A DNA stretch of 63,022 nt, the filler included, from Guillardia theta CCMP2712 (taxonomy: Eukaryota; Protista; Cryptophyta): NCBI RefSeq assembly GCF_000315625.1. It is 7 parts of 7 records of this genome, joined end to end, with 100 filler letters (N's around TTAATTAATTAA, not from the genome) between each part and the next. Parts side by side here need not be neighbours in the genome. Positions count along the whole stretch, not along the records: positions 1 to 21,665 come from NW_005434623.1; positions 21,766 to 40,935 come from NW_005434638.1; 5 more parts are not named here. The stretch is one strand, 5' to 3'. Below the pieces are notes generated by a model. It did no database searches. It was not told the DNA's origin and worked only from the letters and a program-made list of their open reading frames with translations. Below are positions 13,264 through 24,487 of the stretch, piece by piece (position 1 is the stretch's first letter; each line of letters starts with the position of its first letter). The translations under genes and the position numbers were made by a program.

Positions 13264-13604
13264 ACAGGCGATGGTGTCGATCGACGAATCGAACTTCGTG
13301 GAGGCATCTGAATTGCTTCATGAGGCGAGGAAGATCTATATTGCCGTGGGCCCACCAGCAGCCGACAAGGTGACTTGGAGCTTGAAGAGGGAGAGTTAGT
13401 GCCTTCTGAAGCCCCTTCAGCTGCGGCAGCTGAGAATGCTTCTTGCAACCACTGTGAGAAGCTTGAGGAAATAGCAGACAACGGCTGTTATGCGCTCACG
13501 TATGTAAGGAAGGATGCTCGAGTTATGTGAATTAAAGTTATGGATGTTCAAGTTACATTGTAGATGCATCACATTCATGGTGAAGGTCGTGACATGGGCG
13601 TAGA

Positions 13605-15545
13605 GTTTCGTCCGGCAACAGTCCCAAACGTTGCCACTGTTATCGAGCAAGGTATCCACAAACCTCACGGTTTGCCCGGCAACAATTCCAATCGTCGTCT
13701 TTTACGGTGTTCTACCCGCAGCCAGCAGGTAGATGTGTCACGACGATCGCCCGATACAATCTCAATCGTTGTGACTTGAAGCTGGTCGACGTGGCTGTCC
13801 ACAACCTCTTGGTGTCGTCATTTTCCCGAGCAACATTGTTAACCGTTGCATCTGCAACCCTCAGCAATTTCCGCCCGGACCGCAACAATCTCAATCGACG
13901 CTGCCTCGCTCCTCTCCGGTTGAAACTGCTTTACTGGTCAGGCAACAATCTCAACCGGTGCAGTCTACAGGAGCAGCGCATCATCATGGCAAGTTGTTGA
14001 CTGGCAACAATCTCAATCGCTGATTTCCGCGCCCTCACTGGTCTGCCTCTAGATGTATCGGAAATCGCCTGGCAACAATGTCAACCGCTGCCTGTATGAC
14101 CGCGGCATTCACGGTCTACCACGAATATAAATTTAATGTATCTTAATTTCGCCTGGCAACAATCTCAATCGTTGTCTTTACTGCAGTACAACGGTCTAGT
14201 TGGTTCGCAGCTACAAGTGTTTCTTTCATTGCATGACAACAATCTCGGTCGTTGACTTTGCAGCAGTCTCCGGATGTGTGTATCTTTTGAACTTGACTGG
14301 CAACAACTCAATCGCCGACACACCTGCTTGCTTGTAAGCACAAGGGTCTGCCGCAGGATGTATCTAATGAGATGCTGTCTGTACTACCATAACCTAAGAA
14401 TGCACCTCAGTTTCGTCTGGCAACAATCTCAATCGTTGTCTTCTGCAGAGAGTCTCTGACAGGAACATTTAATTGTTGGCACAGCCAACAATCTCGACCA
14501 TTAACGTGTACTTGCTGCATGTCGATGCCCAGCAACAATCTTAAACGACGTGTTCTTCCAGTCCTTTCCGCGAATCCCATGTCAGGCTGTCGATTTGTAT
14601 CTAATCGACTAGCAACAATCTCAACCGATGCTTTTCGTAGACCCCTGCCGTGCGTTACCAAGGTTTAATTTAACCGCAACTATCTCAACCGTCGTCTTTC
14701 TACTACCGAAACCATCACGCACATGCATCTTTTGCCTAGCAACTATCTCAATCGTCGTCTTTCTTCTCGCCCAAGACCTCTAGTCAGGTATCGACCAGCA
14801 ACAATCCCGACCGTTGAGTTGTCTTTGATCCGCATCGTCGTCGTCATGTCCCGGTGACTTGCGGGCTTAAGCTTGCCCGCAACAATCTCGATCGTCGTCT
14901 TTTTCCCACGGCGCATCACTTTGTATCCTACTTGCCGGGCAACAATCTCAACCGTTGCTCTTGTACCGCGTTGCGCTACTTGCAAGAGTTTTGTCTAGCA
15001 ACAATCTCAACCGTTGTCTTTGAAACCCCTTGCAAATCGCCCCGCAACAATCCCAACCGGTGTCTTGTCTATACTGTGTCTATACCCTACCTCTTGAGCC
15101 TTTTTGTATCAAGAGCAACAATGCTAATCGTTGTCTTCTACTCTGATGCCTAGCAACAATCTCAATCGTCGTGTTTGCAAGTGGAGGGCCACAAGCTTTA
15201 AGTTTACCCGCAACAATCGCAATCGTCGTCTTGCTCTCTCTGAAGATTTAAGTTTACCCACAACAATCTCAAACGTTGTCTTTTTGCAGATTATTCTGAG
15301 GTGAGCTTGGATGATTTAGCTGTATCCGTACTTTTGCCCAGCAACAATCTCGATCGACGTCTGTTAGTTCTTTTCTGAGGCAAGCTTGTTTCTGGTACCA
15401 TTTCACGGCACCGCCGTTTCGTATCCACTTTTGCCTAGCAACAATCTGATGCGTTGTATTTTGGTTATTTTCGAGCCTTGTGGCGGGCCTTAATGCTTTG
15501 TGTTCACGGCAAACTTCGCCTAGCAACAATCTCAAGCGCTGCTAG
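13605..15545 (-). repeat. CRISPR-like interspaced array: 29 copies of hairpin motif GCAACAATCTCAAYCGTYG(TCTT) (+ strand) with variable spacers
   Basis: Motif starts counted by hand at 13615, 13679, 13753, 13830, 13882, 13942, 14004, 14072, 14156, 14236, 14300, 14420, 14485, 14532, 14612, 14676, 14739, 14798, 14879, 14939, 14998, 15044, 15115, 15153, 15210, 15260, 15341, 15438 and 15523. Period 38-120 bp, median ~64. No consistent reading frame. Strand is inferred from hairpin pairing. Not called CRISPR because no cas gene is visible and the host is eukaryotic. Confidence 0.9.
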
Positions 15546-15549
15546 TTTT

Positions 15550-16990
15550 ACGAGAGTCATGATTCCGAACTCCGAATCACCGTGGCACCCCGGCCCGCGC
15601 CGGGCCCGGGCGGCTCGGACGCGGGCCCCGTGCGGAGTGCCGGGGCCGCTGACTCACTGTCAGCAGGCCGGGCCCTGACAGGCTCGGACTGAGAATGGGC
15701 CCGCCGGGGGAGCACCGTCCGGGTGACGGACCGTGGCACCGTCACGGTGTCATGATGGCCCCGCGGCCCGGGCCCTCCCGGACTGATCAGGAGTCCGCTC
15801 AGTCCGATCCGGGCCCGGCCGGCGGCCGGGGTGACCGTAGTACGCCGGGTCCGGGAAACGGGCTTCCGACTCCGCCGACTCAGTCGTTCGGAAGATCCCG
15901 GGGCGCCGCGCGCCGCTGCCCGGCCGCCAGGGCCCAAGTTCACTGCCAAGCCTCACGGCATGTGCTTGAAGTACCGTACCGCCGCCCGTATCATGTGACA
16001 GTGTCCGATCAGTGACTGTGCTGGTAGGATTCGGCGGGGCGGCGAACCGTTCAACGGAACTTCGAACTTAGTTCCGAACCGTAACCGTCGGCCGCCCGGA
16101 CCGTGCCGCCGTACCGGGGTCACCCGGCTGCTGAGTCCGCCGCCGAGTGACAGTACGGTGCATCCCCCGGCGGGAGTACACAGCGGCCCTGAGCCTCAGG
16201 GTCAAGGCTTCAAAGCCTGAGTGCCAACTTGAACCGGCGGATCGGACTGCCAGTCCAAGTCCCGGATCGGATCAATCACACTGCAGGCTGGCACACTTGG
16301 ACACTGACATGAAAGCCGCACTGCAGCACTGTCACTTGAAGGGCCCGGGCCAGCCTGGCAGGCTACACTAGTAAGCCACACGGTGGCACTGCGGCAGTGT
16401 ACTACGGTCGGACCCACGGCCCGGATCGTCGCCGAACCGGCCCGGGCCGGGAGGCTGCCGCATTGCGGCAGGGCCATGCCGCACTGAGTGCACTGGCAGC
16501 CTAGGCCCGGCAGTCACCGGATCGGAATCGGAGGCCCGGCCCGCGAGTCAATCACTCCGACTGTCAGGCACGCGCCGCGCCGGGCCAGGCATCAGTGGCC
16601 TCAAACCGGCGGCGTACCGTACGGTACCCGGTGACCGTACTACCCGGCGTACGGCGCCGGTACTACCGTACCGTACGGTACTACCGGGCGCTACACGGTG
16701 AGCCAGTACAGTGACAGTACGGTACGGTACTACGGAACTACGGTACTACCGTACCGTACCGTAGAACACCGTCTGGCCGCCGGCCGCCCGGGCGGCCGGC
16801 GCAGTGGGACCCGGTACGTGACCGTCGGACTCAGTGACTGTCCAAATGATTCGCCGGTGACTCAGGGGCTGGCCGTGACGGTCACGCGGCTTTACTGAAC
16901 GGTCAGGCTACTGTGGATACTACTAGTGACTTAAGTATTCCCGAACACCGCCGCCTGCAGTCAAATCGGAGCTCGGCGTGTACCGGGCTC
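15550..16990. other. GC-rich non-coding mosaic of short palindromic words
   Basis: Dense GGCC, CCGG, CCCGGG, GGGCCC, GTAC, CCGTACGG, CAGTG/CACTG and GAGTC/GACTC. It lacks the GA microsatellites and exon/intron pattern of the rest of the window, and its ORFs are only compositional (G/P/R/A/T-rich). Confidence 0.7.
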
Positions 16991-17117
16991 TAAGTATGGT
17001 ACACCATTCAGCTCCCTGAGCCTCTGACAGACCTTTATGTAGTCAACACTGAGAGCAGCCGCAAGAAGCAGAAGAGGGGTGCGACTCTTTGAGCCTTGAA
17101 ATCGGAAGTTGTCTCAG

Positions 17118-19156
17118 TTACGATCCGAAACAACGGGACTCCGGGGATATCTGTCGAAAGGTAATCAGGCGCTGCACCAGGGTATGAACCGCTTTCAACA
17201 AGGCAATCTTACCCTTGGAACGCTGTGGATGGTCTTGAAGTTCCACCTGAGGACACTGAAGCTGTTTCAACCACCACCTGAAGCTTGTTCTTGAACTCGT
17301 CAGGCATCTCGTTGCTGAAAGGCTCCCATGAACTTTCGCAGATGCCCTTGACTGGCTTCGCGGCAAATCTGCTAACAGATGAGCTTACAGCACAACGCTC
17401 CAGGAGCAACTTACGGAGCCACGTCGTGCTTCACGATTCTAATCTCAGGCGCAGACCTGGAACAGAGGGTCAAACCATCCCGCAAGATAGCATGAATGAT
17501 AGCTTACGGATAAACAAAGTTTGCCATGTCCTGCTTCTTGACCGTGCCATCAACGGAGCCCTCAACCACACCGACTGGAAATGAGTTCCGCGAGTTCAAC
17601 CATTGTCTCAAGGCAAGGCCGTCAAAGAAGACAACAAGAAGCTGAGAAAGCAAGACACGATTCAGACCAAGAACAAATAAAATCTGCAAATTTGCACAAT
17701 GCACCTCGAGCAGGCAGTAGATCACGAAGAGAGAAAGTTCGTCCAGGAGGTGGTACACCTTGGCTTCCTCAAGGAGGTTGAAGATCACCACTACCAACGT
17801 AGCTAGCGACGAGAGGAACAGAAAGACATTCTTCTCCTTTGCAGAGACAGTCAATGCAGCAACTGCGAACACATTAAACAAACATGTAAGAACAAGAGGC
17901 TTGGTACCCGAATACATAGTCCCCAGAACGATGAATGCATAGAGAGGGGCTCTGTTTTTCATGTAAGATGTCGAAATGGAGGCAAAGATAATTCAGCACC
18001 TTTCAAAACTGTTCTGGAGGTGTTCTCCTTTCCAAATGTCTGACGCAACCTGACAGTTTTCTCAGTTATCGAGGTCGAGACGGAAACAAAGAAGGCTATA
18101 CCTGCAAGACAAGCTCGGCAAAGATCAAGAGCAGTGAAATCACTGTGACGGCTCTCTGACCACCATCGTCAACAAGAATTGAAGGACTGGATGGTTACTC
18201 ACATTCATGTATCCATGAATGCTGCAGTGCGCGAACTTGAGGAGAACGGCCAAGGGGAAGTAAAGCCCGTACAGAGTGAACATAAGGGACAAGCAAAAGG
18301 TTCCCCGAGCATGAAAAGGGTCCACGAAGAAGAAAAGAGCTCTTGCAACGATCAAGGTCCACAACGCCACTAGCGCAACCATGCCGAGCTTTGGTTTGCT
18401 GTCTCTGGGGATGTAGCTGGTCGGCAGACCAGCACACAAGAGGCAGAGGGTGTAGAGGAGGCCAAACGCTATCCCGGCGTTCTTGACTTCATCGACTGAG
18501 ACGTGCGGCCTCTTGTTGCCTGCAGGCCCGTTGAACGGCTGAGGGACAGACCCTGATGCAGATGACTGCGGCGCGAAGACGGTGAGGTCGATCATGGATG
18601 CTGTTGGCAATCCCTCCTTGACCAGCAAAGGCGCCAAATTTTCCGCAGAAATTTTCTTGGACAGATCAAGAGCAGTCTGTTCATCACCTACGTGAACGGC
18701 ACAGTCAAGAGTCGTCGTCTGAGTCGACGACTGCAGGAGCCGACGGGCGCTCCTCGGCTGCACGACGTTGACAACGATATCCTGCGCTTGCACCCCTGTG
18801 AGCAGACTCATCGCAGCGATGAAGCTACTTTGTCGCGAGCTATCGAACTGAGAAGGATCGGCCTGCATGCTCCATGTTGTCTTGACCCTCCAAGCCACGG
18901 ACAGTGGAGGGCGCTCAGGTGCCGAGCTTCCACTACCCTTGGTGGGCGGCGGTGGAGGGTTGCTGCTTCCAGGAGGTTGGCAGTTGCTTCCAGGTTGGCA
19001 TGGAGGGCTAGAATCTCCCATACCGGGATGATGATGATCTTCCTCTCCTCCTGGTCCTTCGTTGTCGTCGCTCTCTCCATTGGAAAACGAGGGCGCGGCA
19101 ACAAGCAGCACTACGAGAAAGAGAAGATAGCTCAATCTGGTGAAGGAGCACTTCAT
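17118..19156 (-). CDS. Membrane protein: signal peptide, Pro-rich linker, RRLL/SEA-like ectodomain, multi-pass TM region, spliced cytoplasmic tail
   Basis: ORF 18140-19156 starts MKCSFTRLSYLLFLVVLLVAAPSFS, contains RSARRLLQ and several TM helices (GIAFGLLYTLCLLC; ALWTLIVARALFFFVDPFH). Further TM exons at 17500-17960 and short 3' exons to ~17118. Confidence 0.6.
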
Positions 19157-19911
19157 GGTGAATCTTTTCCGATCAAAGTAGGCAAGTCAGCGTCAAGAGG
19201 ATGGGATCACGAGACAGGAATGATGGTGAAGGAGGAGCGTGTGGATGGACAGGAGGAAGTTGGGACGGTAGGAGGACCGAGCAAGATACAAAGGATGCAC
19301 CTGAGGGATGAGGGAGTGTTATAGGTTCCCGGAACGATTGGGGGTGGGGCACGGTGGGTGAAAGGATGCAGAGAAGATAAGGTAGGGTACTCTGAATTTC
19401 GTCAGTACCGGTCTATTTGAGGGAATAATGCCAGGTACTACAAAAGTCATCTTGGAAATGACGAATGCAAAAGTCACCTTGATCAGCTGGGGGGGTGGGG
19501 GTGGTGTGATGGAGTCCCTGCCTCCGTTTATGGAATCACTCTGACTCTATATCCATTCTTGAAATATTGGTACAAATTTTGTACGACAAATTGACATTAT
19601 TTATTTTGATAATTGTACCATGAAATTTTAATATTGTGACAAAACTTCATCACACAGTACAGATTTGCAGAATATAGATACAAAACGCTATCTACCAACA
19701 AGTCATCAGTACCAGGAAACAAGGGAACCAGGGCTTCTTTTAAAAATCCCATTGCCACCCTTGACTCTTGAGTTGTGCGTCCGACTAGTGAGCCCGGGTC
19801 CGGGCCGGGCCCGCCGGTCAGCAAGCAGCCTGCGGCGGGCTCAGTACTTGTACGGTGCCCTTAGTCTTTTACTCAAAGTTAAGTTAAATCCTTGCTGTTC
19901 AGGCGGCCGCA

Positions 19912-21498
19912 ATGCGGCGTTGGCTTGCATTGCTGCTTGCTGCCATGGTAGGACAGCCCGCTGGAGCTGGAGCAGGAGCAGAAGCCAGGTCATATCTAGC
20001 TGGAGCTGGAGCTGGAGCCAGGTCATATCTAGGTGCTATGGATTGCTTTGCACATCCTCCAAACCTTCTGCCGCTGCTTAGTCGCACGGATATTGATGCA
20101 GAAAAGCAGGCTTGTTTCCGCCTTGACGTGATGAGGAGAGCAGCGTGCAGAACATGGAAGAGCGGGCGATATGCGTGGTTTTCGTTCTTCCCATGCAAGA
20201 AGGACACGTCGCTGGTAATGCCAGCAACACTTTACACCAGCTTCGAGGTGGATGTAGAATGCGCACTCAATGCCCAGACGAAGCTGGTGCAGGAGGCAAA
20301 GAGTGCTAAGGACCTGTGGAGGATCGTCTCATCTCTGCAGGATGACTTCCCTAATGTGCCCGACGAGCTCATGTTCTCGACACTGTGTGCTTGCAGGTCC
20401 GTCGGCGAGTGGAGGAGGTGCATAACACTTCTGCGGAGCCTGCGCAAGGCTGTCTACTCGTACGGGCACTCGGAAGAGATGTACCTGTCCTGCGTGTCGG
20501 TTGCTATCGGGGCATGCGCAAGATGGGGAGCTGCGCAGGAGGCGTGGGAGCTGGTGGATATGCTAGAAGAGCATGTGGGGCACAACATCTCCCTCAGCGC
20601 CCTCTGCAGACTTTGGATGATGGAGAACGCAGCAGTGGAAGGGAAGAGCGGAGGAGGGAGGAAGGTGAAGAAGAGGGAGGACAACCGGGAGAGAGTTGCC
20701 CTCCTTGTCTTCAAGTTCATTCAGCCTAGTGTCATCAGCCTGCTGTTCGGCCATCCTGGGCCAGCCTGGCATGTCAGCGGCGAGGAAAAGGGCTCGAGGT
20801 CCTCGAAGCTGGAGCTGAGAAGGAGGCAGAAGGGATCCGCACATGACAAGGGGGTCCTGAGCTCCATAGTAAACATGCTGGAGGATGCCGAGAAGAGAGG
20901 ATACGTCGATCTGCACGGGCTCAGCGTGGTGGAGGCGAAGCTAGGGGTGGAGGTGATTCTCAGGACAGGGAAGGAGAACGCTGCGGTCATCAGCAACGTC
21001 GGTCGGAATTTTGCCGTGGTGCTAGCAAGGCAAGAGAGACAGCAGGAGGGAGAGGGACGGGGAGAGGGAGCTAGGGAGGAGGAGCGAACCGAGCAGGAGG
21101 GAGGGAGGGAGGAGGGAGAAGAGAGAGGAGAGGAGAAAGGAAGAGGAGAGGAGAAAGGAAGTGGAGAGGAGAAAGGAAGTGGGGAGAGCTATCTCCTGGT
21201 GGTAACGGGTAAAGGGCTTCACTCGGTGGGAGGAGCGCCGCTGATCAAGCCTGCTGTGATGAGCCTGGCACGAGAGCTCAGCATGAAGTGCGAGGAGGTG
21301 CGGGGAGAACTCAGGTTGCCTCCTTCTCTCATGGTGAGGGTGGGGGGAAGAGAAGGACAAACATTGTACAGTGTTGTATTGCAAGGAAAGTTTGATGTGC
21401 TTTTCCTCCCCTCCCTCCCCCAGGGGAGATTGATGTGCTTTTCCTCCCCCCACCCCCCCCCCCTCTCTTGGGAGTCCCCGATGTCTATTATATCCTAA
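19912..21498 (+). CDS. PPR-like repeat + C-terminal Smr (MutS2-like) domain protein
   Basis: Smr motifs VDLHGLSVVEAK and LLVVTGKGLHSVGGAPLIKPAV. PPR-like helices FSTLCACRSVGEWRRCITLL and SVAIGACARWGAAQEAWELVDML. The ORF probably includes intronic stretches. Confidence 0.75.
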   Translation: MRRWLALLLAAMVGQPAGAGAGAEARSYLAGAGAGARSYLGAMDCFAHPPNLLPLLSRTDIDAEKQACFRLDVMRRAACRTWKSGRYAWFSFFPCKKDTSLVMPATLYTSFEVDVECALNAQTKLVQEAKSAKDLWRIVSSLQDDFPNVPDELMFSTLCACRSVGEWRRCITLLRSLRKAVYSYGHSEEMYLSCVSVAIGACARWGAAQEAWELVDMLEEHVGHNISLSALCRLWMMENAAVEGKSGGGRKVKKREDNRERVALLVFKFIQPSVISLLFGHPGPAWHVSGEEKGSRSSKLELRRRQKGSAHDKGVLSSIVNMLEDAEKRGYVDLHGLSVVEAKLGVEVILRTGKENAAVISNVGRNFAVVLARQERQQEGEGRGEGAREEERTEQEGGREEGEERGEEKGRGEEKGSGEEKGSGESYLLVVTGKGLHSVGGAPLIKPAVMSLARELSMKCEEVRGELRLPPSLMVRVGGREGQTLYSVVLQGKFDVLFLPSLPQGRLMCFSSPHPPPLSWESPMSIIS

Positions 21499-21665
21499 CC
21501 CTCCACTCTCTTCCCTTCCAGGCATCTCAGTGTGCGAACTAACTGATCTCCAAGTTATTCTTGAGAATGGTATCGGCTACTATGATGATCGGAATGAAGT
21601 ACCGATCGTCGACTCCCTACCATGCAACGTGTCGGGATCTCAGACGCGACGCTCCAGAAGAGGTC

Positions 21666-21765
21666 NNNNNNNNNNNNNNNNNNNNNNNNNNNNNNNNNNN
21701 NNNNNNNNNTTAATTAATTAANNNNNNNNNNNNNNNNNNNNNNNNNNNNNNNNNNNNNNNNNNNN
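21666..21765. other. Artificial scaffold linker N-TTAATTAATTAA-N (also at 40936-41035, 49968-50067, 55659-55758, 59334-59433, 60482-60581)
   Basis: The identical 12-mer, with stops in all six frames, sits in the middle of six 100-bp N blocks. Confidence 0.95.
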
Positions 21766-21799
21766 CTTGGAGTTGCTCATGGCTGAGAGTAAGATTCAG

Positions 21800-23449
<1,650 letters not shown>

Positions 23450-23468
23450 GTGAGCAGTGCAGACAAAA

Positions 23469-23469
<1 letters not shown>

Positions 23470-23512
<43 letters not shown>

Positions 23513-23666
23513 GGCTGCTGCTGCTGCTGCTGCTGCGGCTGCCGCCGCCGCCGCCGCCGCTGCCGCTGCCGCTGCCGCTGCCGCTGCCGCTGCCGCTGCC
23601 GCTGCCGCTGCCGCTGCCGCTGCCGCTGCCGCAGCCGCCGCCGCTGCCGCTGCCGCTGCCGCTGCC
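23470..23666. repeat. (GCT)n/(GCCGCT)n microsatellite running into an N gap
   Basis: Directly visible. Confidence 0.9.
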
Positions 23667-24487
23667 NNNNNNNNNNNNNNNNNNNNNNNNNNNNNNNNNN
23701 NNNNNNNNNNNNNNNNNNNNNNNNNNNNNNNNNNNNNNNNNNNNNNNNNNNNNNNNNNNNNNNNNNNNNNNNNNNNNNNNNNNNNNNNNNNNNNNNNNNN
23801 NNNNNNNNNNNNNNNNNNNNNNNNNNNNNNNNNNNNNNNNNNNNNNNNNNNNNNNNNNNNNNNNNNNNNNNNNNNNNNNNNNNNNNNNNNNNNNNNNNNN
23901 NNNNNNNNNNNNNNNNNNNNNNNNNNNNNNNNNNNNNNNNNNNNNNNNNNNNNNNNNNNNNNNNNNNNNNNNNNNNNNNNNNNNNNNNNNNNNNNNNNNN
24001 NNNNNNNNNNNNNNNNNNNNNNNNNNNNNNNNNNNNNNNNNNNNNNNNNNNNNNNNNNNNNNNNNNNNNNNNNNNNNNNNNNNNNNNNNNNNNNNNNNNN
24101 NNNNNNNNNNNNNNNNNNNNNNNNNNNNNNNNNNNNNNNNNNNNNNNNNNNNNNNNNNNNNNNNNNNNNNNNNNNNNNNNNNNNNNNNNNNNNNNNNNNN
24201 NNNNNNNNNNNNNNNNNNNNNNNNNNNNNNNNNNNNNNNNNNNNNNNNNNNNNNNNNNNNNNNNNNNNNNNNNNNNNNNNNNNNNNNNNNNNNNNNNNNN
24301 NNNNNNNNNNNNNNNNNNNNNNNNNNNNNNNNNNNNNNNNNNNNNNNNNNNNNNNNNNNNNNNNNNNNNNNNNNNNNNNNNNNNNNNNNNNNNNNNNNNN
24401 NNNNNNNNNNNNNNNNNNNNNNNNNNNNNNNNNNNNNNNNNNNNNNNNNNNNNNNNNNNNNNNNNNNNNNNNNNNNNNNNNNNCTTA

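Noticed and set aside
13605-15545. Bona fide prokaryotic CRISPR-Cas locus or bacterial contamination
   Set aside because: Repeats are degenerate, spacer lengths vary several-fold, no cas ORF is visible, and the array is contiguous with intron-containing genes on the same scaffold.
13605-15545. Leucine-rich-repeat coding region (motif reads (G/S)NNLNR in one frame, TGTATC as LYL)
   Set aside because: Periods of 38-120 bp are mostly not multiples of 3 or near 72 bp, stops are frequent, and the LYL-to-NNL spacing is inconsistent. A heavily decayed LRR ancestor cannot be fully excluded.
13605-15545. Minus-strand motif as a canonical 3' splice site (TTGTTGCYAG)
   Set aside because: Only a minority of copies have AG at that position; many read TTGCCGG, TTGCGG or TTGCTGG.
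15557-16898. ORFs in the GC-rich palindrome region
   Set aside because: Low-complexity G/P/R/A/T translations on both strands with no domain or splice structure.
21666-21765. TTAATTAATTAA as a biological palindrome or piggyBac TTAA site
   Set aside because: It is always centred in a 100-bp N block, so it is an artificial linker. Neighbourhoods across these linkers (e.g. ART gene with pseudokinase gene) are not real synteny.
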